Positions 25,298-38,189 of a stretch of DNA of 64,000 nt are shown piece after piece. Within the stretch, counting starts at the first letter, position 1, and each line of letters starts with the position of its first letter. The notes under the pieces are model-generated. The model did not search any database. It was not told the origin of the DNA and was given only the letters and a program-made list of their open reading frames with translations. The position numbers and the translations under genes were made by a program. Source of the stretch: Octopus sinensis (Eukaryota); NCBI RefSeq assembly GCF_006345805.1, contig NC_043010.1, forward strand, positions 40,362,001 through 40,426,000, written 5' to 3'.

Positions 25298-26859
25298 CAC
25301 TAAAATACTTTCTAACAACATGGAACTACCATGCAATATTCATCTTTACCATCATTTACGTATACCAGGGCTCTATCATCTTTGTATCTCAGTTATTTGT
25401 ACAGTCACAACTCTCTACTATATATTTTTTTTACTAATTCTTATAAATATGTTACATATTTTATCTTCTTTCTTTTCCTCTTAAATTTTATTGATACCTC
25501 TACATTACATTCTTCACCCAAATATCTATTATTCGTAAATACTAGACATCAATAATTTTTACTCACTCTCTACCATTCTTCCAAAATTTATATGAAACAT
25601 TCGAACTTCTTTCAAATATAGTTACATGCATTTACATTTTTTGCCCATTGCCTTTCTTTCATCTGAATCTTATCTTCCAACTGCCAGAATTACATATTAG
25701 TATAGATTCTTTTGATTTATGCCTTAACTTTTCTATTTTTGTATTCTCACTTTATGTATATTATATGTACCCACCCACCTCATTACTTCTTCGTATTCTC
25801 AGCTCACACTAATTTACTTCAACTTTTTAGTAGTTCTAGTCATCCCTCTATTTCGTATTCTGTTTCCCCGCGGACTTACTTTCTTGTTTTATGTATTATC
25901 CCTGATGCATTGCGTTAAGTTTTGCTTTCATATTTCCTTTTCTGCATTTTTCATTCTTTCAATAAAATATATTGACTTGGAACGATTTCCTTTAATATTA
26001 TTTTAAAGTTCCTGCACACTGGTTTTAATTGCCATTTATTTCAGCAATTTTTCTGATACTTAAATTTTGCTTTCTTTCTCCTATCTTTGGACAGGAGAAG
26101 AATATGCTAAATCAACCCGAAATACCTCACAATACACTATGATAAAAATAAAGATTTTCTTGATCAAATATGAAAGAAAGATTGCGGAAGTAAACCTAAT
26201 ATAAATTCTATTAATGAATTTATATCACGTTTACTTTCGTAATTCTTTCATATTCGATCAAAAATATCTTCTTTTATTCTTATCGTCGTACTCTGTTGTG
26301 TGGCTTTTCGGGTTGTTTTAACATATTCTTCTCCTGTCCATTAAAACTAACATCAATCACTAAAAATGTAAATGGTAATCTTACCAGAACCAAGGGCTAT
26401 TACAACCGTATTATTAAATTAAATTCCATTCTTCAAATTAAACTCATCGTTCTTGTGTCATAAAATGTTCTTTAAATAAATTTTTCTTTCATTTCTTTTT
26501 CGTTTTTTCTTACAATATTTATCTCAAAAATTTATCTAAAAAATTTATATCAAAAATTTATCTCTTTACGTACAGAGGAGATGAAATGACCGAAACATAT
26601 ATTCATGCGTGAGTGTATGTGTGGGTGTTTCTGTGTGTGTGTGCGTGTGTCTGTGTGTGTCTGTGTTTGTGATTGAGTGTAGTTTATAGACAAGGAGGAA
26701 GCACTCATTATACGAAATGGAGAGAATATATGGCTTTATAACGAATATACGTACAAAACAGTTTTACGTGATCTGTTGGGCATATATGGCTTAAACCTAA
26801 GCAGTTCTATCAAACTTATAAAAACTACTTCTAACTATACAATGAAGTGATACAACGTA

Positions 26860-27054
26860 TCCATCATAGGACTCCCTTAACCTAGAAGGAAAAGCTAAAG
26901 TTCAAACCACCAATTAGGGATAAAATCGCGAAGGGAATGAAAAATGAAATATATGATAAATGTTTTTATTTTTAAATTCCCTTTGAGATTGTATCCCTAA
27001 TTAGTTGTTTGAACTTTAGCTGTTCCTTCTAGCGTAAGGGAGTCCTATGATGGA
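26860..27054. mobile_element. Foldback MITE with ~85-bp TIRs and TA target duplication
   Basis: tccatcataggactccctta..gaagggaat is mirrored by attccctttg..taagggagtcctatgatgga; TA on both sides. Confidence 0.8.
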
Positions 27055-27096
27055 TACCTCTTAATGTGTTTAAATGTACACTGTATTTTGCACACG

Positions 27097-27260
<164 letters not shown>

Positions 27261-27545
27261 ATATATATAAGATCAGCAACAATTTAGATTCAAATGAATA
27301 TGGTACTTAATTCAGATGCACCAGAATTTTGTATGGTGTTACCCATACAAATTTACGGCGTGATTATAATCAAAAATAAGCAACAAGAATGATTCCGGTA
27401 ATTTGGTACAATTGTTTCGTACTACAACATTTTATTAAAAGGTGTAAATATTACAGCAGATTAAGATGCTGAGTGCTCTTCAGCCAGTTTATATAGGTTT
27501 TCCAATAATATAAAAGCTTTCATATATATATTATATATATATATA

Positions 27546-27585
<40 letters not shown>

Positions 27586-27587
<2 letters not shown>

Positions 27588-27905
27588 TCTTTGTTTCAGT
27601 TTTAATGCTACGGTCATGCTGTGGCACTGCGTTGCCTGTGCTACACCATTATTTGAAGCCTCCTCTAATATGTGGCATTTGGTGAATGAGGAAGTTTGAT
27701 GCTGCTACCCTCATCTTTGTTTCCTGGCATGAAGCAGGCTCTTCTGCAACACGTGACATGAGGAGATCCAGTTTTGTTTTGAAGACACTTACACCCACAC
27801 CATGCAGGTCTCTCAGGCATTTTGGAAGGATATTTAAGAGCTCTGGGGCCCTTGAAAGTCAAGCTGTTGCTGTATCTGGTCCTGTATTATGACGGTGATG
27901 CTGGG
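27586..27905 (-). mobile_element. 3' end of a non-LTR retrotransposon (CR1/L2/Jockey-group-like) with 3' UTR
   Basis: SLTFKGP-(frameshift)-LLNILPKCLRDLHGVGVSVFKTKLDLLMSRVAEEP..RVAASNFLIHQ..* is a typical LINE ORF2 C-terminus; clade is tentative. Confidence 0.75.
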
Positions 27906-27920
27906 ATGTGTTTTTGTATG

Positions 27921-27966
<46 letters not shown>

Positions 27967-28665
27967 TTACATATATATATATTATATATATATTTAAATA
28001 TATTTATATATATATATGTGTGTGTGTGTATGTGTGTTTATGTATATGTTCATTTTTGCGTAGGCATTCATATAATATATCGTGCACGATATATTTCTAT
28101 ACACAAACTATACACAAAAAATTTTTTTCATGAGCAACTACACACCATTAAGTACATATTTCTATGCAAATATATAAATATCGCTTATTCTCCGGTTTCT
28201 ATTCTTCCCTCAAGTCCCTTCAAATGTCATCTTTAATTGAACGGTAGCTGTATTGTTGATGATATTACAAAAGACGTATTTAATATATATCTACTTGAAA
28301 TGTTCCAGTGTTATTCAGATCATCATTTCAGTAGTCTATCAATTTTTCTATAGGCCTATTCTTGTTTACTTTATCTCCTCTGCTTACAATCATTTTATAC
28401 TTAATTTGATTACAATACATCTTACGGAAAAAAAAGTCAGTGAATGCTAAAGAAATGGAGATACGAGTTAATAAAAGTATGTTTGTATTTTCTACTGCGC
28501 AAGATATTGTATGAAATGTAGTCCTATTTATTTCTTTTTTTTTCACAACTGTAGCATACTTAGAAATAAACATATTGTCTACAGTTGTATGTACATAAAA
28601 AAAAAACTGCCACACACAAATACACGCGCACTCACACGCACACACCCTCACACACACATATACAT

Positions 28666-28729
<64 letters not shown>

Positions 28730-29640
28730 ATATCCATGAGAATACATAGATAAAGCAAAACATACAAATCTGCACACATACATACATACATAGATACATA
28801 CATACATACATACATACACACATACATACAAAACTAGCGTGTTGATGTAATTCCAGTGTAGGTACCTTGGATCTAGGTTAGAAACTGGTTCTTTCTCTCT
28901 TTGCAAGAAATCTAGAAATAAACTGAATAATGACATATATACATAGGTACGTACGTACGTATATACATAACGTACATACATACATACATGCATTCATACA
29001 TAGATACGTACATGCATACATACATACATACATACATACATACATACATACATACATACATACATACATGCAGGCATTCAGTTGTCCTTTTCAATCAACC
29101 AACCACAATTTGCAGAAACACAAAAGTACATCTGATATTTCAAGTTTTAGTGTACTACTCCGACAGAAAATCTGAATTATAGGATGTGATTTTACATATG
29201 TAAGATATTTAGTAATGTACTATTGAAGGCGCCATCTTAAAACAACAGGTAATATTCTGTATTCTGAGTGCTGCATTGTTCTCTAAGTACAATTATTTCT
29301 TTAAATATATGTGTGTTTGTATGTGTGTGTCTACGTGCGTGCTTTATGAATATGTGGCAATTGGCAGAATCGCTAAAGCGAAAAATAAATTGCTTTACGT
29401 AAATGATTTCCGCTTGTTCTCCAGATCTTTACATCTTTCAGATGTAAAGTTTGTTTCCAGTCTCTAGAGGTCGATAAATATAATAATGGAGTGAGTGAAT
29501 TATCTGATGTCTGTGATTTTGAATTACAAAAGCCTGACCCTTACGGTTTCAAACTGGGAAGTATATTATTCCATATACATATGCATAATGAAGACATATA
29601 TGTATGTATGTTCTCTAATATACTCCACTCCCTCTCATAC

Positions 29641-29719
29641 TTCTGAGATTCATGAAAGAAATGCCAGTCAAATAGTGAAAGTTTGGCTACGACACACCAC
29701 TGAAACTGGTGGTCCGTGC
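29641..29719 (-). CDS. Candidate small exon
   Basis: Donor GAA/GTATGA; phase 1 to 2 frame (G)TDHQFQWCVVAKLSLFDWHFFHESQ(K) joins in frame to the 20481 acceptor; acceptor is weak. Confidence 0.35.
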
Positions 29720-30290
29720 CTTAGCTACAAATTGCTATTAGAATTGCTATGATAAAACAATGAATTACATAAATATTCAACAAGAACTTGCAACATTTAG
29801 TCAAGTGCCGTCTGAGCGCTCTAAGTTTAAATTCAGTCAACTTTGATTTTACTTTTAATTTCTAGTGAAATAACGAAGAACCAATCACGTACTAAAGTAA
29901 CTGATATTTACCCGCACAATAATCCCTAGGCGCGTATCTATTTGTGTTTAAATTGCTGTTTAAATAGCTTTCTTTAGTATTGTGTTACATATATATTAGA
30001 ATTTCTTTTGTCATGTTATTTGTTACATTAATAGATATCAATAGACTTTGAATCAAATAATCAATTCAGATATTTCTTTCCGAGACATATGCATACGTAC
30101 TTATTTGTACTGTAGTAGTATTCCTAAACATTATCGATGTAGAGCAATGAATAAATCTATTGAAAATTTTATCTCTACATTTATCACAATATATGTGTCA
30201 GTCGTATTTTGACTAAAATATGAGACTGGTACTTCAGGAATGATAATTGTTCAAGTCGCTTCTCTGTATGTGTGTGCACATGTGTATATG

Positions 30291-30353
<63 letters not shown>

Positions 30354-30356
30354 ATG

Positions 30357-30387
<31 letters not shown>

Positions 30388-30518
30388 GTATGTATATGTA
30401 TATATATATGTTTGTATGTATGTATGTGTGAACGTATACATGTGTGTATATGTATATATATTTATGTATGTATATTTGCACATATAAATATACACGCATA
30501 CATATATGTATACACACG

Positions 30519-30555
<37 letters not shown>

Positions 30556-30736
30556 GTGCCAAAGCAACCTTGGAAAGAGGAGAAACTAGCAACACTAGAA
30601 AAAGCAAATGAAATAAGAGAATTAAACCAAAACCAGACATACAAACGTTTAGGGATCGATGAACTAGATACGAGACAATACACGCAAATGAAAGAGAAAA
30701 TAAAAAAAAAACAATAATATATTGATTTGATTAAAA

Positions 30737-31386
30737 AACTTAACGGTTCGCCAAACGAGATCGATAGAGTAACTGAGCGGTTTGCCAAACGAGATCGATA
30801 CAATAACTTATCGGTTCGCCAAATGAGATCGATATCATAAGTTAGCCGTTTGGCAAAAGACATCGATAGAATAACTTAACGGTTCGCGAAACGAGATCAA
30901 GAGAATAACTTAGCGGTTAGCCAAACAAGTTCGATATAATGAATTAGCGGTTCGCCAAATGATATCGATAGAGTAACCTAGAGGTTCGCCAAACTATATC
31001 GATAGAGTAATTTAGCGTTTCTCCCAACGGAATCGATATATAACTTAGCGGTTCGCCAAACGAGATCGATAAAATAAGTTAGCGGTTCGCCAAACGAGAT
31101 CCATATAATAATCTAGCGGTTCGCTAAACGAGATCGATAAAATAACTTAGCAGTTCATGAAACGAGATCGATACAATAACTTACTGGTTCGCCAAAGAAA
31201 TTCAATAAAATAACCTAGCGGTTTGCCAAACGACATCGATAGAATAACATAGGGGTTCGTCAAAAGATATCGATATAATATCATAGCGGTTCGTCAAAGA
31301 ATGTCGATAAAATAAAATAGCGGTTCGCCAAACGAAATCGATAAACTAAACTAGCGGTTCGCCAAACGGTAACGATAGAATAACTT
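30737..31386 (+). repeat. 34-bp minisatellite, ~19 diverged units, derived from the SINE A tail
   Basis: Consensus taacttagcggttcgccaaacgagatcgatagaa. Confidence 0.93.
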
Positions 31387-31587
31387 TTCATCAGTGTCAC
31401 CAGAGCTATCAGGTAAGCGGACCCAATTTTCAAATCAGCTGCAAAGAAAATACAAGGAAGTCGCTTTTCCGATCTGGAATGAGCATTGCTGATATTTCTA
31501 GGAAACTTTTACAACTACTGTTGCGGTTTCTCATGCTTCTGTTATTTATGTAACGGAGTATTTATGTAGAAGCAAAGGGAGACGCAC

Positions 31588-31627
31588 TTAGAATTATTTG
31601 GTTTTCTAATTGTTTCTACGACAACAG

Positions 31628-31703
<76 letters not shown>

Positions 31704-31729
31704 CATTACTACTACCTCTTCTACTACTG

Positions 31730-31772
<43 letters not shown>

Positions 31773-32078
31773 CTCTTCTTCTACTACTACTACTACTACT
31801 ACTAATACTACTACTACTACTACTGCTACTGCTGCTGCTGCTGCTGCTTTTTTCGTCCAATTAGAATTAATTGGTTTTCTAATTGTTTCTACGACAACAG
31901 CTACGACTACTACTACTACTACTACTACAACTACTACTACTACTACTAATACTAATAATAATAATAATATAATAATACCATTACTACTACCTCTTCTTCT
32001 TCTAATACTACTACTACTACTACTACTATTACTACTGCTACTTCTGCTGCTACTGCTGCTGCTGCATTTTTCGTCTAA
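31588..32078. repeat. Tandem duplication of a unit carrying (CTA)n/(ATA)n/(CTG)n tracts
   Basis: ttagaatta.ttggttttctaattgtttctacgacaacagctac starts at 31588 and 31861. Confidence 0.9.
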
Positions 32079-32847
32079 TCAGGACTCACGCCATTAGGCA
32101 CAAAGAATAATCTCTAATTCGAGCCTACTCTAAGCTACTAAGAATGCGTGTGGCGATAGACTGGCGGTTGCACGGACGCGAGATCTAAGTTGTTATCCTC
32201 ATTCCGTAAACGGTGGCTTTTTTTACGGGTGGAGAGCTGAACCATCCTGGGGTACAGAGGATTCGCAATCTAGGCTAGGGTATTACAGAATGGTTCCTCT
32301 GCTTTGCGGCAGAAGTAGGAAGAAAGAGGAAGTCGATGTGAAAGAATACAGCGGGGTTCATCACCCTTCCCCACCTCGCGTTGCTTCTATCACCAGCACC
32401 AACACAGCTACAACAACTGCTACCACTACCACTACTATTACTGTCACATCCACTGCTTCTATTACAACTTCTACACCCACCCTCATAGACTAATAGATCT
32501 CTGTTTTCATTCAGGACATTAATTTCAGTCTTGCTCTATATGGTACGAAAGAACCCTTTAGAGAAGGAAAGTGAGAGGGGGAGAACGACGTGTGCTTGAA
32601 ATACAAACAAGTGCCAAGTAAACTGACCATTTATCAGTAGTCAACAAGAAAGACTGACGAATATAGATGAGATATTAAGCCTACATACGCTGAGCAAAAC
32701 CTCAACACAAATCAATGACCAGACTGGAATTCGTTCGACGAAATATTTCACGCCAAAACAATGATATTTAATTGTAATTACCTGTGTTTGTGTTTGATTC
32801 ACTAATATTCCTTCAGTGCTGCAACTGTTATACTGCTATATATATAT

Positions 32848-33179
32848 TACGGAGATGCACTTGCATAGCACGTGACCTGATCTGTGCTAAAACAAAAACA
32901 ACTGCAGCGTGAAGGGTGTTTATAAGCCTTTTAAAAACACACAAAAACCTTTAGATTCACTTCAAAATTTAAATTAAATTCGCCAAAATATTTCCGTCGC
33001 TTTGAAACCGCGACCTGTTCACTGACAAAATTCCGTACTGCATCTGCAAGGGATTTATTCAGTTAACAGGTCACGGTTTAAAAGCGACGAAAATGTTTTG
33101 GCAAATTAATTTAATGTTGAATTGAATCTAATGTTTTTTGTGCGTCCTTAAATGGCTTATAAATACCTACCACGCTGCA
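32848..33179. repeat. Inverted pair of an interspersed repeat, ~122-bp arms and 33-bp spacer
   Basis: 32903-33025 is the reverse complement of 33059-33179 with moderate divergence. Confidence 0.85.
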
Positions 33180-33181
33180 AT

Positions 33182-33237
<56 letters not shown>

Positions 33238-33241
<4 letters not shown>

Positions 33242-33879
33242 TCTTAACCTTTCTCTCCCCCTCCCTTTCTCAGCCTTCATTCTTTTAGCTTTCCTTTTCT
33301 TCTACCTAACTGTCTCTCTCTCTCTCATTCTTCATTCTTTTCTCTACAAACATTCACCTTTTTTTCTCTTCCTTTCTCTTACTCCTCCTCCTCCCTCCCG
33401 TCGCGGACACCTGATGAGAAGGCTACTACTGTCTCCTGGCTGCCTTCAAGTAGAGACGGCACATCTGTTGCTCCCTCGCCGTTCTCAAAAAAATGCGTTC
33501 GTAAAAAATTTAATCTCGTTCGGCTTAACAGCCCTTCTTGTTGGTGTTACTGTTATTCTCCTTGTCCTGTCTTTTACTGTTTATATTTTATACTGTCGTT
33601 ACTGTCCTGTTTTTGTTACCAATTTTATCCCTCCGCAAAAAAATCTCAAATTTTATTTAATTTGATTTTCGCGGGAAGGAAAGTTTCATTAAAGTCATGT
33701 ATCGCCTTGACCTTCAAAATGTGGAGTAGATGAAACAAAGGCGACTGAAGAAGGGGAATTTTCCTTGTTTTGTATGTCCTGTACCCATATATGCATGTAT
33801 ATATACATATAGAGGTAGGCACGTACATATATGTATGTATATATGCATATGTTTCATTTATTTATTAATTTTATATATA

Positions 33880-33900
<21 letters not shown>
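33238..33900 (+). mobile_element. Possible non-autonomous Penelope-derived element between TA microsatellites
   Basis: Pyrimidine tract followed by CTGATGA (33411) and CTGAAGA (33745) cores with partial stems but no intact GAAA. Confidence 0.3.
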
Positions 33901-33930
<30 letters not shown>

Positions 33931-33933
<3 letters not shown>

Positions 33934-34500
33934 TTTTACTCTTTTTCTTGCTTCAGTCATTTTCACTGCAGCTATGCTGGAGTACCGCCTTTAGTCCAGG
34001 AAATCGACCCCAGGACTTATTCTTTGTAAGCCCAGTACTGATTCTATCGTCTCTTGTACCAAACCGCTGAGTTACGGAGACGTAAACACAGCAGCCACAG
34101 TTGGTGGGCAGACAAACACACACACATACACACGTGCACACACACACACACATACACACACATATATATATGTGTGTGTGTACGACGGGCTTCTTTCAGT
34201 TTGCTCGAAGGATCGCGAACCTGCGATCCTTCGATATAGCAGTATTACAGTTGCAGCACTGAGGGATCGCGAGTTCGATTCTCAGACCGGGCGATGTGTG
34301 TGTGCATATGAGCGAAACACCTGAGCTCCACGTTGTTCCGGCAGAAGGTAATGGCTTTCGTCTACTGACTCTTTCACCACATGGCTTTCGTCTACTGACT
34401 CTTTCGCCACATGGCTTTCGTTTGCTCGAAGCTATAGTAGAAGGCACTTGCCAAGGTCCACGCAGTGGGACTGAACCCAGAACCATGTGGTTGGTGGTTG
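33931..34500 (-). mobile_element. SINE family A interrupted by a complex templated insertion
   Basis: Tail at 33931-34130, body split at 34199-34431. Confidence 0.85.
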
Positions 34501-34594
34501 GGTGGGTGTATGTATGTGTGAGTGTGTGTACGTATACGTGTTTGTATATACATACATAAATATACACATGTGTGTGTATATTTGTGTGTGTGTG

Positions 34595-34645
<51 letters not shown>

Positions 34646-35464
34646 GTATATGTATATCTTCACACATATACACAGAGGCAGGCATGCGCACACATGCACA
34701 CACATTTACATGCGTACCAGCACAAACACACAGGTGTACGCACACAAACGTATTTATGTATATTTGGTTTTTAGCTTCTTCATTGATTTGCGCTGTATTT
34801 CCGGTGACGTGGACTAATCGCTGTGCATTAGGTGTGTTACATTGGATGACACCCCATCGTACATGGGCCGGCTTGTCGCAAATATCGAAACAGGAGGAGC
34901 CATTAAAATTAAAATCCTTCACAGATTCACCATACCGACACATACATACATACATACATACATATATGTATGTATGTATGTATACACACATATACTTACA
35001 TATATGTGCGTGTATGTGTGTGTGTGCATGCATATGTATAGTTTCACTCATACAAGCACAAATAGAGAACCACACATACACACTCACACAAACACCATAC
35101 ACGTTTTAGTACGGTGGGTTGTATGAAAAGAATCGATAACATCGTTGAATTCGGTTGTAAGCACGTTACATCAAAGTTAAACGCTATAGGCGTAACATAT
35201 GTTTTACTGATTTTAGAAGTTCCTATTGAAGTGTGTGTTTTAAGTAGACGGAATAAACATGCCTCGATGAGAAATATATCAGAGACACAATTAATATAAA
35301 TATCGTTCCCTTCACCAACCCCTCGAAATAGCTACCTCTCCAAAGTGATGAACGCAACAGCGAATAATATGAGCGTGTATATATAATATATATATATATA
35401 TAGAGAGAGAGAGAGGTATATTTGTGTATATATATGTATGTATGTATATATAAATATATATATA

Positions 35465-35712
35465 TATATACATATGTATATATGTGTATATGTGTATATA
35501 TAAGTATATATATGTTATATGTATATATATAAGTATATATATATAGATATACTTACATATTTTTATGTGTATATACATATAATATATATAATATGTATAT
35601 ATATATAGTTACATATTTGTATGTGTATATACATATAATATATATAATATAGATATATATATACTTACATATTTGTATGTGTATACATATAATATATATA
35701 TATATATATGAA

Positions 35713-35778
<66 letters not shown>

Positions 35779-36057
35779 ATATATACATTGTATATATGTG
35801 TATATGTGTATATATAAGTATATATATGTATATATGTATATATATAAGTATATATATATAGATATACTTACATATTTTTATGTGTATATACATATAATAT
35901 ATATAATATGTATATATAATAGTTACATATTTGTATGTGTATATACATATAATATATATAATATATATATATATACTTACATATTTGTATGTGTATACAT
36001 ATAATATATATATATATATATATGAATATATAATTATATATATACATATATATATAA

Positions 36058-36101
<44 letters not shown>

Positions 36102-36360
36102 GTATATATGTGTATATGTGTATATATAGTATATATATGTATATATGTATATCATAAGTATATATATATAGAAATTACATATATTTTTATGTGTATATAC
36201 ATATAATTATATAATTGTATATATATATAGTTACATATTGTATGTGTATATACATATAATATATATAATATATATATATTATACTTACATATTTGTATGT
36301 GTATACATATAATATATATATATATATATATGAATATATATTATATATATACATATATAT

Positions 36361-36404
<44 letters not shown>

Positions 36405-36420
36405 AATATATAATATATAT
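35465..36420. repeat. TA-rich higher-order repeat: three ~310-bp blocks built of ~45-50-bp subunits
   Basis: ttacatatttgtatgtgtatatacatataatat recurs in triplets near 35.55, 35.87 and 36.18 kb. Confidence 0.75.
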
Positions 36421-37633
36421 ATTTAATGCGTGCCGATATATAGTTTTAATGCATGTATCCAAATTCGCATACATGCATATGTGTGGTGTGTTGTTTGTGA
36501 TTACCGTTACTGTAAACAGTCATATTCACTTCATTATATTTTCCTTCCAGCGCTGGTTTTCTGCTCAACCAAAAAGAATAACATCTTAAATGCTTTCTTC
36601 TTATTTTTTTCTAATATGAATAGTTAATATACGTAATGTTTTTCATTAATAGCAGCACCAAGTTTTAAAACGAAGACAGCACTGGTACTTTTGAGGCTTT
36701 GAGGGTGTTGTTTCATCTCTTAGTTATTGGCGGCACGTATCCATCCTCTTGCGTCGTACCTTCTTAGAATGACAATCGATTATTATATAATGTAGTCCTG
36801 TATACGTCTACAAAAACGGGAGGGTTGTGTCGAGAGAAATGCGTTGTAATATTTATTGACATTTTACTTTCAGTGTTCAAATCTCATGAGAGTAAATTGG
36901 CTTTCCATATTTCCAGGATCTGTAACTAAATTAATATATCTTTCAAGAGACCATATAGATAGTTGGCAGATTTGATAGTTTTGGATGGAATACCTTGAAG
37001 TGTTTGTTCTACTTCTTTCCGTCCTGGGTTCAAATACATATATAATTTACTTGGCAGAGACATTAATTTGAAGCCCGGTTCATCTCCACACTATTGCATT
37101 TTCTCTATTATAAATCGGACTCTCTAATATATTCTACGTCAACTACTTCATTGACCAAATAATATGTAATTGATTGAGGGTAACCAATACCGACACTAAT
37201 TATACCTTCCCTCCAATAATATAACCACGCCATGCGTGAAGTGGTCAGTGACTTCGCTTGTAAACATAAACGTCTACAGACATACCCAAACACACATATC
37301 TGTTTATACATACATCTATACTCATCAGTTTTAAGCATATCACTATAGATTTTCTACAGAGTCAAGAGACAGCAATACAGGTTACGACGGTCCACGGAAG
37401 AATACCGCTCCTGTAAACAATGCGATCGAAAATGAAAATAATTAATGAGTGTATATGCTATTACACACGCATGAACATATTATTTAAATGCCTACTAGGT
37501 TTCCCGGTGTGACACAACTGGATAGACCTAATTACATATTAAGCTCCTACCTACGCAAAGTACACACACATAAATACACACAAATACACACATATATACA
37601 TACATTTATACGCGCATATATAAATGCACACAA

Positions 37634-37669
<36 letters not shown>

Positions 37670-37728
37670 TATGTATATATATGTGTGTGTGTGCGCGTGT
37701 GTGTGTGTGTATGTGAGTGTGTGTATAT

Positions 37729-37783
<55 letters not shown>

Positions 37784-37817
37784 TTCATATATATATATAT
37801 GTGTGTGTATATATTAT

Positions 37818-38100
37818 ATAGTGGAAGCCAATGGCCTAGTGGTTTGAGCAGTGGACTCGCGGTCGAGGGATCGCGGTTTCGATTCTCAGACCGGGGGATG
37901 TGTGTGTGAATATAAGCGAAACACCTGAGCTCCACGTTGTTCCGGCAGAAGGTAATGGCTTTCGTCTACTGACTCTTTCGCCACAACTTTTTCTCACTCT
38001 TTCCTCCTGTATCTTGCAGCTCACTCGCTACGGACCGGCGTCCCGTCCAGGTGGGCAACCGATACGCCAAGGAAACCGGCCCTTATGAGCCAGGTATAGA
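37818..38100 (+). mobile_element. SINE family B variant
   Basis: tggcctagtggtttgagcagtggactcgcggtc head; tail ccggcgtcccgtccag..gaaaccggccc..gagccagg. Confidence 0.85.
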
Positions 38101-38189
38101 TCGAAAAGGTATAAACATATTTATATATATGTATACATATAAATATATACTTATATATTATATACAGGTGTATATCTTTTATATGTGTG

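Noticed and set aside
30737-31386. CRISPR-like reading of the 34-bp array (and the 14-bp array at 62971)
   Set aside because: Contiguous tandem units, no unique spacers, no cas genes, eukaryotic context.
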